NCBI GenBank assembly: GCA_964558645.1
Contig: CAZLEV010000008.1
Coordinates: 1-64,000 of the forward strand
Reading direction: 5' to 3'
Source of the DNA: an uncultured archaeon
GTDB lineage: Archaea; Asgardarchaeota; Thorarchaeia; Thorarchaeales; Thorarchaeaceae
DNA: 64,000 nucleotides
In this document: piece by piece, positions 18,470 through 28,000 of the stretch
Position numbering within the stretch: the first letter of the stretch is position 1
Layout of the letters: every line of letters begins with the position of its first letter
The notes under the pieces: generated by a model
Told to the model about the DNA's origin: nothing
What the model saw: the letters and a program-made list of their open reading frames with translations, nothing else
The model's database searches: none
Made by a program: the position numbers and the translations under genes

Positions 18470-19672
18470 TCATGTTAGCGGTGCGTCACGGCCTTCGTAC
18501 TTGACAACAAAGCCAGTGTCTTTCCCGGTATTCTCTTTGAGTACAGTCTTGCCAGCTACAAGTCGTTGAATCTGGTTTGTTCCTTCATAGATCTGGAGGA
18601 GTTTGGCATCTCTCAGGAGTTTCTCAACCGGGTACTCCTCAATGTATCCATATCCGCCGAAGACTTGCACGGCATCTGTTGCATTCAGCATAGCAGCATC
18701 TGATGCAAACGCCTTTGCCATTGCAGACTCTTTTGAGTTCGGTCGTCCTTGGTCAGCAAGCCACGCTGCATATCTTGTCATCCAACGAGCCCCCAGAGCT
18801 CGTGTTCCCATATCCGCTAGCATGAAGCTGATGCCTTGGAAGTTACCAATCTCTGTTCCGAACTGCTTTCTTGCACCTGCGAACTTTGCTGCCTCATCAA
18901 CTGCTCTTTGGGCAACACCAGTTGCGATGGCTGCTATCCCTGCTCTTGTCTTATCCAACGTCATCATGGCAATCTTGAAACCCTCTCCCTCTTTGCCAAC
19001 AAGACAGTCTGCGGGAATTCTCACGTCATCAAAGATAATCTCGCTCTGGACTGAGTTCTTCTGTCCCACCTTATTCTCAACATGTCCTATCTTGACTCCT
19101 TTGGTCTTGGGAACCATGAAACATGAGAGGCCTTTGTGTTTCAGATCGGGCTGAGTGGACGCAAAGACTGTAAACAGTGACGCAACGGGGCCATTAGTGA
19201 TCCAGCACTTTGTTCCATTGATGATGTATTCATCACCCTCTCTAACCGCGCGTGTCTGTGTCGCTGCAGGATCAGATCCTGCTTCTCGTTCTGTTAGGCT
19301 GAAGGCACCGAACTTGGCATCCTTTCCTGTTATCAGGGGTTGCACGTATTTTTGTAACTGTTCGATACTTGCTCCAATCACGAGGGGGGCGAAGGCAAGA
19401 TTATTGCACATGATTGATGTTGCCATGCCTGCACATCCATATCCAGTGGCTTCTGAAACCAGAGTTTCAGAGAGGAGTGACAATCCTGGCCCTCCGGCCT
19501 CCTTCGGAATGTGGAGGTTCATCAGACCTGCTTCATACGCCTTTTGAACTACTTCCTTTGGAAACTCATCTTTCTTCTCAAGCTCGTGGGCATAGGGAGT
19601 GATGTGTTCGTAGGTGAACTGCTTTGCTCTGTCCCAGAGCTCCTGTTCCTTCTCATCTAATTTGAAGTCCAT
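18470..19672 (-). CDS. Acyl-CoA dehydrogenase
   Basis: FSLTEREAGSD, GTKCWITNG, RKQFG, QVFGGYGY, IYEGTNQIQR. Confidence 0.96.
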   Translation of the reverse strand: MDFKLDEKEQELWDRAKQFTYEHITPYAHELEKKDEFPKEVVQKAYEAGLMNLHIPKEAGGPGLSLLSETLVSEATGYGCAGMATSIMCNNLAFAPLVIGASIEQLQKYVQPLITGKDAKFGAFSLTEREAGSDPAATQTRAVREGDEYIINGTKCWITNGPVASLFTVFASTQPDLKHKGLSCFMVPKTKGVKIGHVENKVGQKNSVQSEIIFDDVRIPADCLVGKEGEGFKIAMMTLDKTRAGIAAIATGVAQRAVDEAAKFAGARKQFGTEIGNFQGISFMLADMGTRALGARWMTRYAAWLADQGRPNSKESAMAKAFASDAAMLNATDAVQVFGGYGYIEEYPVEKLLRDAKLLQIYEGTNQIQRLVAGKTVLKENTGKDTGFVVKYEGRDAPLT

Positions 19673-19818
19673 TCTTGGCCAGCTCCTTTTGCCCGGAAGT
19701 CAGAACTCTCCCTTAAATCAGTTGTTGGAAAAGAGCCGTTACGTTGCCTCTCGCATATTCTTTATATGTGGCAATTCCTCAAGCCCTCCTACCCTATAGT
19801 GGGTGGAGTCTCAGGATC

Positions 19819-20991
19819 ATGCCACTGAAGAATACGAATATCGTGAGCGCGGCTCAGACCAAATTTGGGAAATTGGAAGGAATAACGCTCAGAGAGATGT
19901 TTGCGGAAGCAGTCGACAAAGCAACCGTTCAATCAGGAGTTCCGAAGGAGGACATCCAGGCGGCGTTTGTCGGCACCTTCATCCCTGAGATGCTGGTACA
20001 TCAGGGTCATACAGCACCATTACTGGTTGACTTTGCCGGGATGAGAGGACTTGCTGCAACGCGACATGAGGCAGCTTGTGCCTCAGGTGCAACAGCTCTT
20101 CGAGCCGGGATTATGGCCATAGAGTCAGGTATGTACGACACCGTTCTAGTGGCAGCTGCAGAGAAGATGACGTCTGTAAGCACCAACAGAGCGACTGAGG
20201 CTCTTGCAGCAGCTGCAGACGACGAGTTCGAGTCAAGCATAGGTCTCACGTTTCCGGGTGTCTTCGGAATAGCTGCTGTTGCCCATATGCAGCGTTACGG
20301 TACAACTGAGGAAGATATGGCTCGTGTGGCTGTTAAAGCGCACAAGAATGCATCAACAAATCCCTTGGCACAGTTCCAGAAGGAGATCACCCTAGAGAAA
20401 GCGATGACACCACGTTACATCGCGTGGCCACTCAAGTTGTACGATTGTTCGCCGATTTCAGATGGTGCAGCAGCCCTAGTTCTGACCTCAAATGAGAAGG
20501 CAAAGGAGTACACTGACCTCCCAGTCAAGATTGTCGGTAGCGGACAGGCATCTGCCTCCATGAATCTCTGTGATCGGATTGACCTCACAACCTTTGAGGC
20601 GTCAGTTCGTGCCAGCAAGGAGGCCTATACGATGGCCAAGCTGGGTCCGGATGACATGGACCTTGCTGTTGTCCATGATTGCTTCACCATCGCAGAGATA
20701 ATCGCATCCGAAGACATCGGCTTCTTCAAACCGGGTGAAGCGACCAACGCTGTTCGGGACGGTGTGACCGCCCGTGATGGAGACAAACCCATCAATCCCA
20801 TGGGTGGCCTGAAGGCAGTTGGTCATCCCGTCGGCGCAACCGGAGTGAAACAGGCTGTGGTTCTCTACAGGGAACTCATCGGCGATGCTGGCCCAAACCA
20901 AGTACCCAAACATGATACCGCAATCATGCACAATTTTGGTGGGACGGGCGCCACGTGTGTTGTAAATATCATGAGGAGGGCTGATGCATGA
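19819..20991 (+). CDS. Thiolase (SCP2-type/archaeal acetyl-CoA acetyltransferase family)
   Basis: EAACASG, VHDCFT, GHPVGATG, HNFGG. Confidence 0.93.
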   Translation: MPLKNTNIVSAAQTKFGKLEGITLREMFAEAVDKATVQSGVPKEDIQAAFVGTFIPEMLVHQGHTAPLLVDFAGMRGLAATRHEAACASGATALRAGIMAIESGMYDTVLVAAAEKMTSVSTNRATEALAAAADDEFESSIGLTFPGVFGIAAVAHMQRYGTTEEDMARVAVKAHKNASTNPLAQFQKEITLEKAMTPRYIAWPLKLYDCSPISDGAAALVLTSNEKAKEYTDLPVKIVGSGQASASMNLCDRIDLTTFEASVRASKEAYTMAKLGPDDMDLAVVHDCFTIAEIIASEDIGFFKPGEATNAVRDGVTARDGDKPINPMGGLKAVGHPVGATGVKQAVVLYRELIGDAGPNQVPKHDTAIMHNFGGTGATCVVNIMRRADA

Positions 20992-21377
20992 GCGAGAAAC
21001 CAACAATCGAACAATACAAGAAGAACATCCAAGAGGAGAGCTTCAAGGCCTATCGTTGCACCGGCTGCGGAGCTGTCATTGCGCCTCCGTCTGGTGCCTG
21101 CTACGGCTGTGGAGGTACTGAGATGGAGTGGGCGGAGGTTAGCGGAAAGGGAATCCTGATTTCGTTCACAGTTATTCACATAGCTCCGGATGAATTCCAG
21201 GATGAAGCCCCATATTTCATTGCAATTGTTGAGCTTGAAGAGGGTACTCGTGTGAGTACGCGGCTCAAGGGCTTCGATCCGATGAAACCAGAAGATGTTT
21301 CTTTGGGAATCCCCGTTGTACTTGACTACGAAGAGAGCGAGAGCGGCAGGAATTACCTGGCGTTCAGACCCGCATAG
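20988..21377 (+). CDS. DUF35 zinc-ribbon/OB-fold thiolase partner
   Basis: CTGCG..PP...CYGCG, SGKG.L.SFTV, PY..AIVELEEG; ATGA overlap with thiolase. Confidence 0.93.
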   Translation: MSEKPTIEQYKKNIQEESFKAYRCTGCGAVIAPPSGACYGCGGTEMEWAEVSGKGILISFTVIHIAPDEFQDEAPYFIAIVELEEGTRVSTRLKGFDPMKPEDVSLGIPVVLDYEESESGRNYLAFRPA

Positions 21378-21429
21378 TGGTTCACGCAGGCTGTTGCGCG
21401 CAGTTCCTGCGTTTCACTCTTTTTCTAAC

Positions 21430-22470
21430 ATGAGCAAGCTTGATAACTGGAGTGAACTCAAGATTGGTGAGGACACTACACTGATAGAGAAGAAGTTTGA
21501 AGAACTCCTACATCTGGATGTTGATTGGAAAGAGAGTACTTTCGGTCAGTGTTCAAAGAATCTCAAGGCCAGATACGATGCAAATCTCTTAGCTGAACAC
21601 CTTCCACCGACATGGGGAGTGCTCAACGGTGATGCCACTCTGCTCGCCTCTGTCGGTAAGGCCCTGCCCGAGGATACACGGGCTGCTCTGGAGAGCACTG
21701 AGTTTGTTGGGGTGTTCGGAAGAGTCATCGAGGAGAAAGGCTGGGGCGGTGCCAAGTGTCTTCAGTATCTCTATGTCTGGGACTATCAGGCAGTCCCTGC
21801 TCACGAAGCAGATTATGAGCCAATCTTCGTCTTCTTGGATGGAGGACGCAGATACGTAGTCTATGATCTGGTGCACTACTGCTCCAGAAGTCTTGATCTC
21901 AACAAACCTGGCAAGTCTGGCCCAGGATTGAGGATGATTCCAGGGTGGCACTCGTTCTTGCCCGCCCCCAGCTTGGAGGTATCTTCTCTGGACAGCGGTA
22001 TCAAGATCAAACCGTTGACAGACAAACACCTTGAAACCTGGTGGAATATCCCGGAACCGGAGCCTCAGCTCAAGATTCGGAAATATATGCTCGACCCGTT
22101 TCAACTCGAGGCACCGGGCCATTTCATGGACTCGCCAGATGAGGAATCCCTCACCATATGCTGTACCTTCTTGGAGATTGAGAGGGCGCTGGCTGAGTTT
22201 GAAGACCCAAGACAGGGTCTCGTAGAAGGGATAAAGCGCGCCATGACACGGTGCATCGGTATCTTTGCATTACATCGTCTCCCGGCACTGATTCAGCTTC
22301 TGAGTGAAATGTCCCAAGTGGGCTTGGTGGCGATGCCTGCACCGATATCTTCTGCTGGAATGAACTTGGCTGCTGTTGGCAATCTACTGCGAGATGGATT
22401 CATTACCCTCACCAACGCAGGAAAGACGTTCTTCGAATCATTCGGTCAAGCATCTGATGACGAAGACTAG
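21430..22470 (+). CDS. Hypothetical protein with a Vps62/NPP1-like H-x-x-D-[WY]-E motif
   Basis: LQYLYVWDYQ..AHEADYEPIFV ... H ... GWHSF. Confidence 0.5.
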   Translation: MSKLDNWSELKIGEDTTLIEKKFEELLHLDVDWKESTFGQCSKNLKARYDANLLAEHLPPTWGVLNGDATLLASVGKALPEDTRAALESTEFVGVFGRVIEEKGWGGAKCLQYLYVWDYQAVPAHEADYEPIFVFLDGGRRYVVYDLVHYCSRSLDLNKPGKSGPGLRMIPGWHSFLPAPSLEVSSLDSGIKIKPLTDKHLETWWNIPEPEPQLKIRKYMLDPFQLEAPGHFMDSPDEESLTICCTFLEIERALAEFEDPRQGLVEGIKRAMTRCIGIFALHRLPALIQLLSEMSQVGLVAMPAPISSAGMNLAAVGNLLRDGFITLTNAGKTFFESFGQASDDED

Positions 22471-23303
22471 CTTGAGGGACTGCCTTCTGGAAGGCCTTCC
22501 TGCACGACTGGCTCCTCAGACTCCTGTGGTTCTTCAGCGCGATGCATTTTCAACAATCGGTTACTAGTCATCCTTCCCCAGTCCACCTTCACCAGTAGGT
22601 AGATTGCGATTACAACCAGAAGCACTGCGAACACTTCTGTCGACCTCGATACCATGCTGGTTGAATCGGTTGCTGCGAAAATCTCTCCGACCCAGTCAAG
22701 GCTAAATCTGCCTGCCCAAGCGACTCCTATGAGAAACATCGATTTTCCAATCAACAGTGGAACCAAGACCTTCCACCAAGAGTATCTTACAGCTCCCAAA
22801 GGGACAATGACAACATCATCGGGAAGGGGCGTTGCAGCGAGGAACCAGATGACTATCGGAGTGGCTCGTGGGTACAGATGCACAAACCGCCCGAAATCGT
22901 TGATGTGCTCCTCATCGAGTACTTGTCCCCCCAGATGTCCGATAAGGTACCCTGTCATCTCACCGAGGCATGCACCTATCCCTGCCAGGAGGCCGATAAG
23001 AGTCGGATCGAATATGAACAGAGAGGATGCAGTATCTCGTAGTCCTCCAAGCACAAATGGCACACCTATGTATGGAAACGGCACCAGTATAGTTGCATTA
23101 CCCAAGAAAGAAACAAAGAACGAGCCCGCATAGCCCATTGCCAATGACACATCCAGCAATGCAAGGTAGAGCCTATTGAACGGACTTGTGAGTTCGGGGT
23201 TGAGCATGATCAGAGCCCAGTATCCGAACAGGCCTGAAATCACAATGATTAGAAGTAGGTCTGAACGTTTCATCTTGTGTGGCTCACCCGCCTGCCGGCT
23301 CAT
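22467..23303 (-). CDS. VTT/DedA (SNARE-associated) family membrane protein
   Basis: FLGNATILVPFPY, GA.LGE..GY.IG, ATPLPDDV...PLG. Confidence 0.85.
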   Translation of the reverse strand: MSRQAGEPHKMKRSDLLLIIVISGLFGYWALIMLNPELTSPFNRLYLALLDVSLAMGYAGSFFVSFLGNATILVPFPYIGVPFVLGGLRDTASSLFIFDPTLIGLLAGIGACLGEMTGYLIGHLGGQVLDEEHINDFGRFVHLYPRATPIVIWFLAATPLPDDVVIVPLGAVRYSWWKVLVPLLIGKSMFLIGVAWAGRFSLDWVGEIFAATDSTSMVSRSTEVFAVLLVVIAIYLLVKVDWGRMTSNRLLKMHRAEEPQESEEPVVQEGLPEGSPSS

Positions 23304-23389
23304 CCAGTAATATGAGCATTCCCCTCTGTTGCTCTTCGGATGGCAGGCTTAAGAGGCCGCGTCATCAGACAACTGATGGAGCTGAGAGA

Positions 23390-24658
23390 TTGAGAGAGAG
23401 TCTTCCGTACGGTCTGGGGTCTCTCCCCTTGCACCTTGATACAGCCAATGCACAGAGGTTATCCCCTAGAACCTTGGGTGTGCATCCTGAGCCTCGGAAG
23501 GCAATCCGTCGTGCCTTGGGGGATCCAATTGGGCAACAAGACATACGGCCGCTGATCTCTCCTGGCGCGTCCACAGCAATCATCCTGGACTGTCATCTGG
23601 GACTGACGGACATAACAGAAGTTGTTGATGCAGTATCTGAGGCCTTCGGATCTCGGGAAGGATCGGATAGGGATGTCAGCTATATAGTGAGCTCGTCTGC
23701 TGGCAGAATGGCGGCACGGCAGTTTACATCTGAGATTAACAAATGCACATCTCTCCAAAGCGATGAGGTATTGCTTCACAACCCTGACAGAGAGGGAGGC
23801 CACATCGAGGTGGGAGTATCGCCCTCCGTAGGAAATCGAATCCTAGTCGATGAAACTGTGGTTGGAAGCGATCTTGTTGTGTCTGTTGGCTCCGTCATAC
23901 AGGACTCATTCGCCGGTGCCACCGGTGGAAGAATGGCGATACTTCCCGGAGTAAGTCACCGTCAGACAATCAATCGCAACAAGAGTCAGCAAGGTATCGA
24001 TGGTGTTTGTCCGTTCAATCTGCAGACCAAGTCGTGCATGGACATGATTGAGGCATCCCAGATGGCTGGTCTTACTCTCTCAGTGAACCTTGTCTATGAC
24101 CGGATGGGAAACCTTGCCTCGGTTCGAGCAGGCGCCCCTGAGGAGTCCTGGCTACAGGCAGTCGAGGATGCTAAGCAGCTTGCACTCACCGCTTACACAG
24201 AAGCTGGAGATGTTGTTATCGTGAGTGCTGGTGGGTATCCTTTCGATTTGACTCTCTATGATGCGGTTGATTCATTGTTTGCAGCATCACGCGTCTGCAG
24301 AAGAGACGGTGTGATTGTTCTTGTCGCAGAGTGCTCGCAAGGTGTGGGGCCGAAAGGATTCGTGGAGGGTATTTCTCAATCAGGGTCGCAGGCTGATGCT
24401 CTTTTGAGAATCCAGACTGGTTACAGTGATGGGATGGAGAAGTCAAGATATTTCTGGCGGATTCTCGAGAATCACCGTTTAGTCATATGTTCACGTCTAC
24501 GACGATCTCACGTGGAGGAGAGGCTCTATGCAGATGCGGTGAAAGATCCCCAAGAGGCCTTAGAGCTCGCAAAGAACTACGCTGGAATACGTCCAAAAGT
24601 CACTGTGATTGAATGCGGCAATATGACATATCCATCATATGTTTCCAAAGAGCAATAG
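23390..24658 (+). CDS. LarA/DUF2088 (lactate racemase fold) protein with catalytic residues substituted
   Basis: LPYG, AL.DPIG, HNPD, FAGATGGR.AILPG, SAGGYP.D..LY, AECSQG.G; probable TTG start at 23390. Confidence 0.82.
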   Translation: MRESLPYGLGSLPLHLDTANAQRLSPRTLGVHPEPRKAIRRALGDPIGQQDIRPLISPGASTAIILDCHLGLTDITEVVDAVSEAFGSREGSDRDVSYIVSSSAGRMAARQFTSEINKCTSLQSDEVLLHNPDREGGHIEVGVSPSVGNRILVDETVVGSDLVVSVGSVIQDSFAGATGGRMAILPGVSHRQTINRNKSQQGIDGVCPFNLQTKSCMDMIEASQMAGLTLSVNLVYDRMGNLASVRAGAPEESWLQAVEDAKQLALTAYTEAGDVVIVSAGGYPFDLTLYDAVDSLFAASRVCRRDGVIVLVAECSQGVGPKGFVEGISQSGSQADALLRIQTGYSDGMEKSRYFWRILENHRLVICSRLRRSHVEERLYADAVKDPQEALELAKNYAGIRPKVTVIECGNMTYPSYVSKEQ

Positions 24659-24673
24659 TCCCAATACTTCGCT

Positions 24674-24982
24674 CTATTTCTCAAATAATGCGTCACTTGC
24701 GCTTAATGCGTTCTCAATCTCTTTCTTTGTGAACTCTTCGAGCTCTCCTTTCTTCGCGATACGGATAGTGACAAGAGCGAGATCCCCCTCTGGTTGCATC
24801 TCCCACGATGCCTCGTAGTCTGGTTCTTCCTTCACGAACTGCTTCAGCATCTGGAACCATGCATCTTTGACCTCCTCAATCTTCGGAGCCTCTTCGTAGA
24901 TGAATTCTAGGAGAGGGATTGTGATTTCGACATTGAGGACTCGGCCGCCCATAATGTAGTAGTTTCTGATGTCCCAAGGCAT
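24674..24982 (-). CDS. Hypothetical protein
   Basis: 102-aa ORF with protein-like composition. Confidence 0.6.
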   Translation of the reverse strand: MPWDIRNYYIMGGRVLNVEITIPLLEFIYEEAPKIEEVKDAWFQMLKQFVKEEPDYEASWEMQPEGDLALVTIRIAKKGELEEFTKKEIENALSASDALFEK

Positions 24983-25044
24983 TGTGAGTGCTCCTCGACT
25001 GGATTTCAAAGAGCGACAGATAAGTGTTCTTCGCGCTTTCTGGA

Positions 25045-28000
25045 TTAGTCATTGTCCTCGCTATCTGTTTCAGAGGACATGAGTGCCTCAACGTCCTTTA
25101 TGAACTTCTCTGCCTCGTCCTCGTGTTTCTCAGGTTCTTTCTCATCTGAGGCAACTTCGTCTTGTTCTGAGGGCTCTTCGGCTTTCATATCAGATGGTGT
25201 TTCAGAGACTCGAGCAGGCTCTTCCTCAACGCTTTCTAGAGCCTCTTCTCCCCCGATTATCTCAATCTCTCCTTCTTCTTCTCCTGAGATTCCCAGCCCT
25301 TGACGTTGGAGAACTGTGTGGACGCTTATGGGACGAATCAGCCCTTTCTCCTGCATCTCCAGCAGAACATCAAGGATTTCTGCTTGTGTCTTGCCAGTTT
25401 CTTCGGAGGCGGGTTCGAGCACATCGGCAATCCTAAACTCTCGTTTCTCATCAAGTCTTGCGGATAATATCCTCAGAAGCTCCGATTCCAAGCCTCGAGC
25501 TTTTCCACCCTCTGCTATCACATGAGGGAGCATCCAGTTGTAGTTGAATGTTTCATTGAGGTTTCCGATAACCCATTCTGGATCAAAGCAGTCAACAGAT
25601 CCCCTCCAGTCGGTGAGCTCTGACTCATACTGATTCTCAAACATTTCCACGAAGAATTGAAGTCGCTCTCTGAGGAACGAGCTTGTCTCTCCCTCTAGAA
25701 TGAGGATCCCAATAACGTATTGGCTGCTGTAGCTGTTCAACCAGAGGCCCTGATACTGAATCTCTTCGAGGGCGCCACTTACTCCATCGCCCTTTATCTC
25801 GCCGTATACACTTGTGATTGCAGCAATAAAGCCGCTGATGAGATCTGGCTGGATTCGCATGTCGGTGAAGGGATGATAGAAGACACAGGTGCCGCGATCA
25901 AGATAGACAGCCATGAAGTGGCGCAGGGTCTGAAGATCATTGAAGGCATTCAGTTGCCTCTGAAGCGCACGCCGCTCGTGTGCCTTACGAGGCTTGTGTA
26001 TCTTGTTATATGCACCAGCGACTACTCCCAATAACACTATGGCCAGAATCATGTACAACCCTGGAGGCTGCGTAATGAACTCAAGGAATTGTGTCATGAC
26101 GCCTGGTGTAACAGGTATGGTTCCCGATTGTTCCTCAACACTCCAGACTTGTCGTGTTCCTTCGAATGCTGCAACAACTGTGAGATTGACGGCCTCAGTT
26201 GGGACCATGAAGGCTTGGCTGGCATATCCTTGGAGGTTAGTTACAGCGTTCAGTTCCTGCACAAATGCTGTACCGTTGTCCAGAGTCACATAGACATAGA
26301 ACCTCACTGGCGCACCATCAAATGGTTCGTCCGTTCCGGCGACCAGAAGGGTGGCACCAACAGAGAATGATGATCCCTCGGCAACTGACTCCGGCAGGTT
26401 GAATACGAAGTACAGGTTCGTCTTCGCTCTGACCTCTAGTTCTGCACTTAATGTCTGAGAGTCACAACCAACAGCCTCGGCTGTGAAAGTGAGGTCATAG
26501 TCGTTGGGCGCAAGGAGTACCCTATATTCGACTTCGTAGATGCCTCCTCCAGCGTGAGTCATATTCAGCTCGATACTGCTGAAACTGACGCGGACTGAGG
26601 CCCAGTACACCGGCAAGTCATGGTCGAGATCATGAAACTGCACTGCAAAGACAATCGTTTCATTTTCCCACTCGAAGTACTCTGTGTTACCGGTCAGTGC
26701 TGTGTATACAGCCCTCACAGTAATCGTCGTACTGTAACTGACACTGGTGTAGTTCGCCTTCAGGAATGTGATGTTCAGCAAGTAATCCGTCAGCGGCAGC
26801 GAGTATGTACTGATTTCGAATGAGTATACGCCCTCGCTCACTATTGTCCATGTGACGGGATTTGCGAAAAGCGCCAGGATCTCATCGGCGGGACTGAGTT
26901 CGCCAGTGTGGCCGTCAGTGAAGTTCAGGATTAGGTCGAATGTGTCATTAAGGAACATGGTTGGCGGAGCTTCGACAGTAAACAAGATTTCTGTGGGGAC
27001 TGGGAGGATGTCAATGGTCAGGGATTCGGAGAAGGATTCGTAACCATATACATCAGCCTGCATTAGCGCGGTGAATGAACCAACACCTATCGTTGACCCA
27101 GCGATGGTGGTGCTGTACGTGCCACCTCCCGCAGACATCAACGGATAGATCTTCCCGTCGATTGTTAGATTCACAGTAAGGGTATTCACGGGTTTGGAAT
27201 CCACATCAAGGACATCTACAGATACGTAGTACTCCCCGTCATAGAACAGCTCAACGAAGACGGAGCCATTGAACCCGTAATAGATCTCTTCGATGGTATT
27301 TTCTAGCGGGGTTTCGACTATATTCAGCAGCACCGAGTCTGTGAGGTTGTCAAAACCATACGCCCAGCTCCTGATGGCTATCGTGAAGGATCCCAGCCCA
27401 TCACTGCCGTCAAGCTGTAGGGTGTAGGCGCCAAGTCCCTCGTGGGTCAGCGTGTAGTTCTGTGAACGATAGGTGGCATTCACTTCAGCATCGAGGATGG
27501 GGTTGCCCAGCGAATCCATGAGTGTCACTGTGAGCTCCGTTTCGTGTGTGTAGTAGAGATCGTGTTCGCTCCAGCTGGGAGTCAACACTGGCGTGTCAAC
27601 TTGTACTCCTAGAAGTACTTCATCCCGTCCTGTGTCGTAGCCGCTACTGTTCGCCAGTATCGTCAAGTTCCAGTTCCCCAGGCCGATGTCGCTGGCGGCA
27701 AGGGAGATATGCCATAGGTCATCCATGCCAAGAATCAGATCATAGATGCGACCGCTGTTCACATAGAGGCGGACAGTGGCATTCTCAACGGGTTCGCCAC
27801 CATATAGGTAGTAGACTGTGATATTCAGGGTTTCCGCGTAAGTCATGATATAGTCTGAGGGCTCATACTGGACATCGAACATATTCGGGGATGTGGTCAC
27901 AATCAGTTCAGCAGTGACATTCAAGGCGTCTTCGTAGCCATAGCAGTCAGCAAGAATCGTTGCAGTGAAATTGCCCACTCCCAGGTCGCTCCCGTTTATG

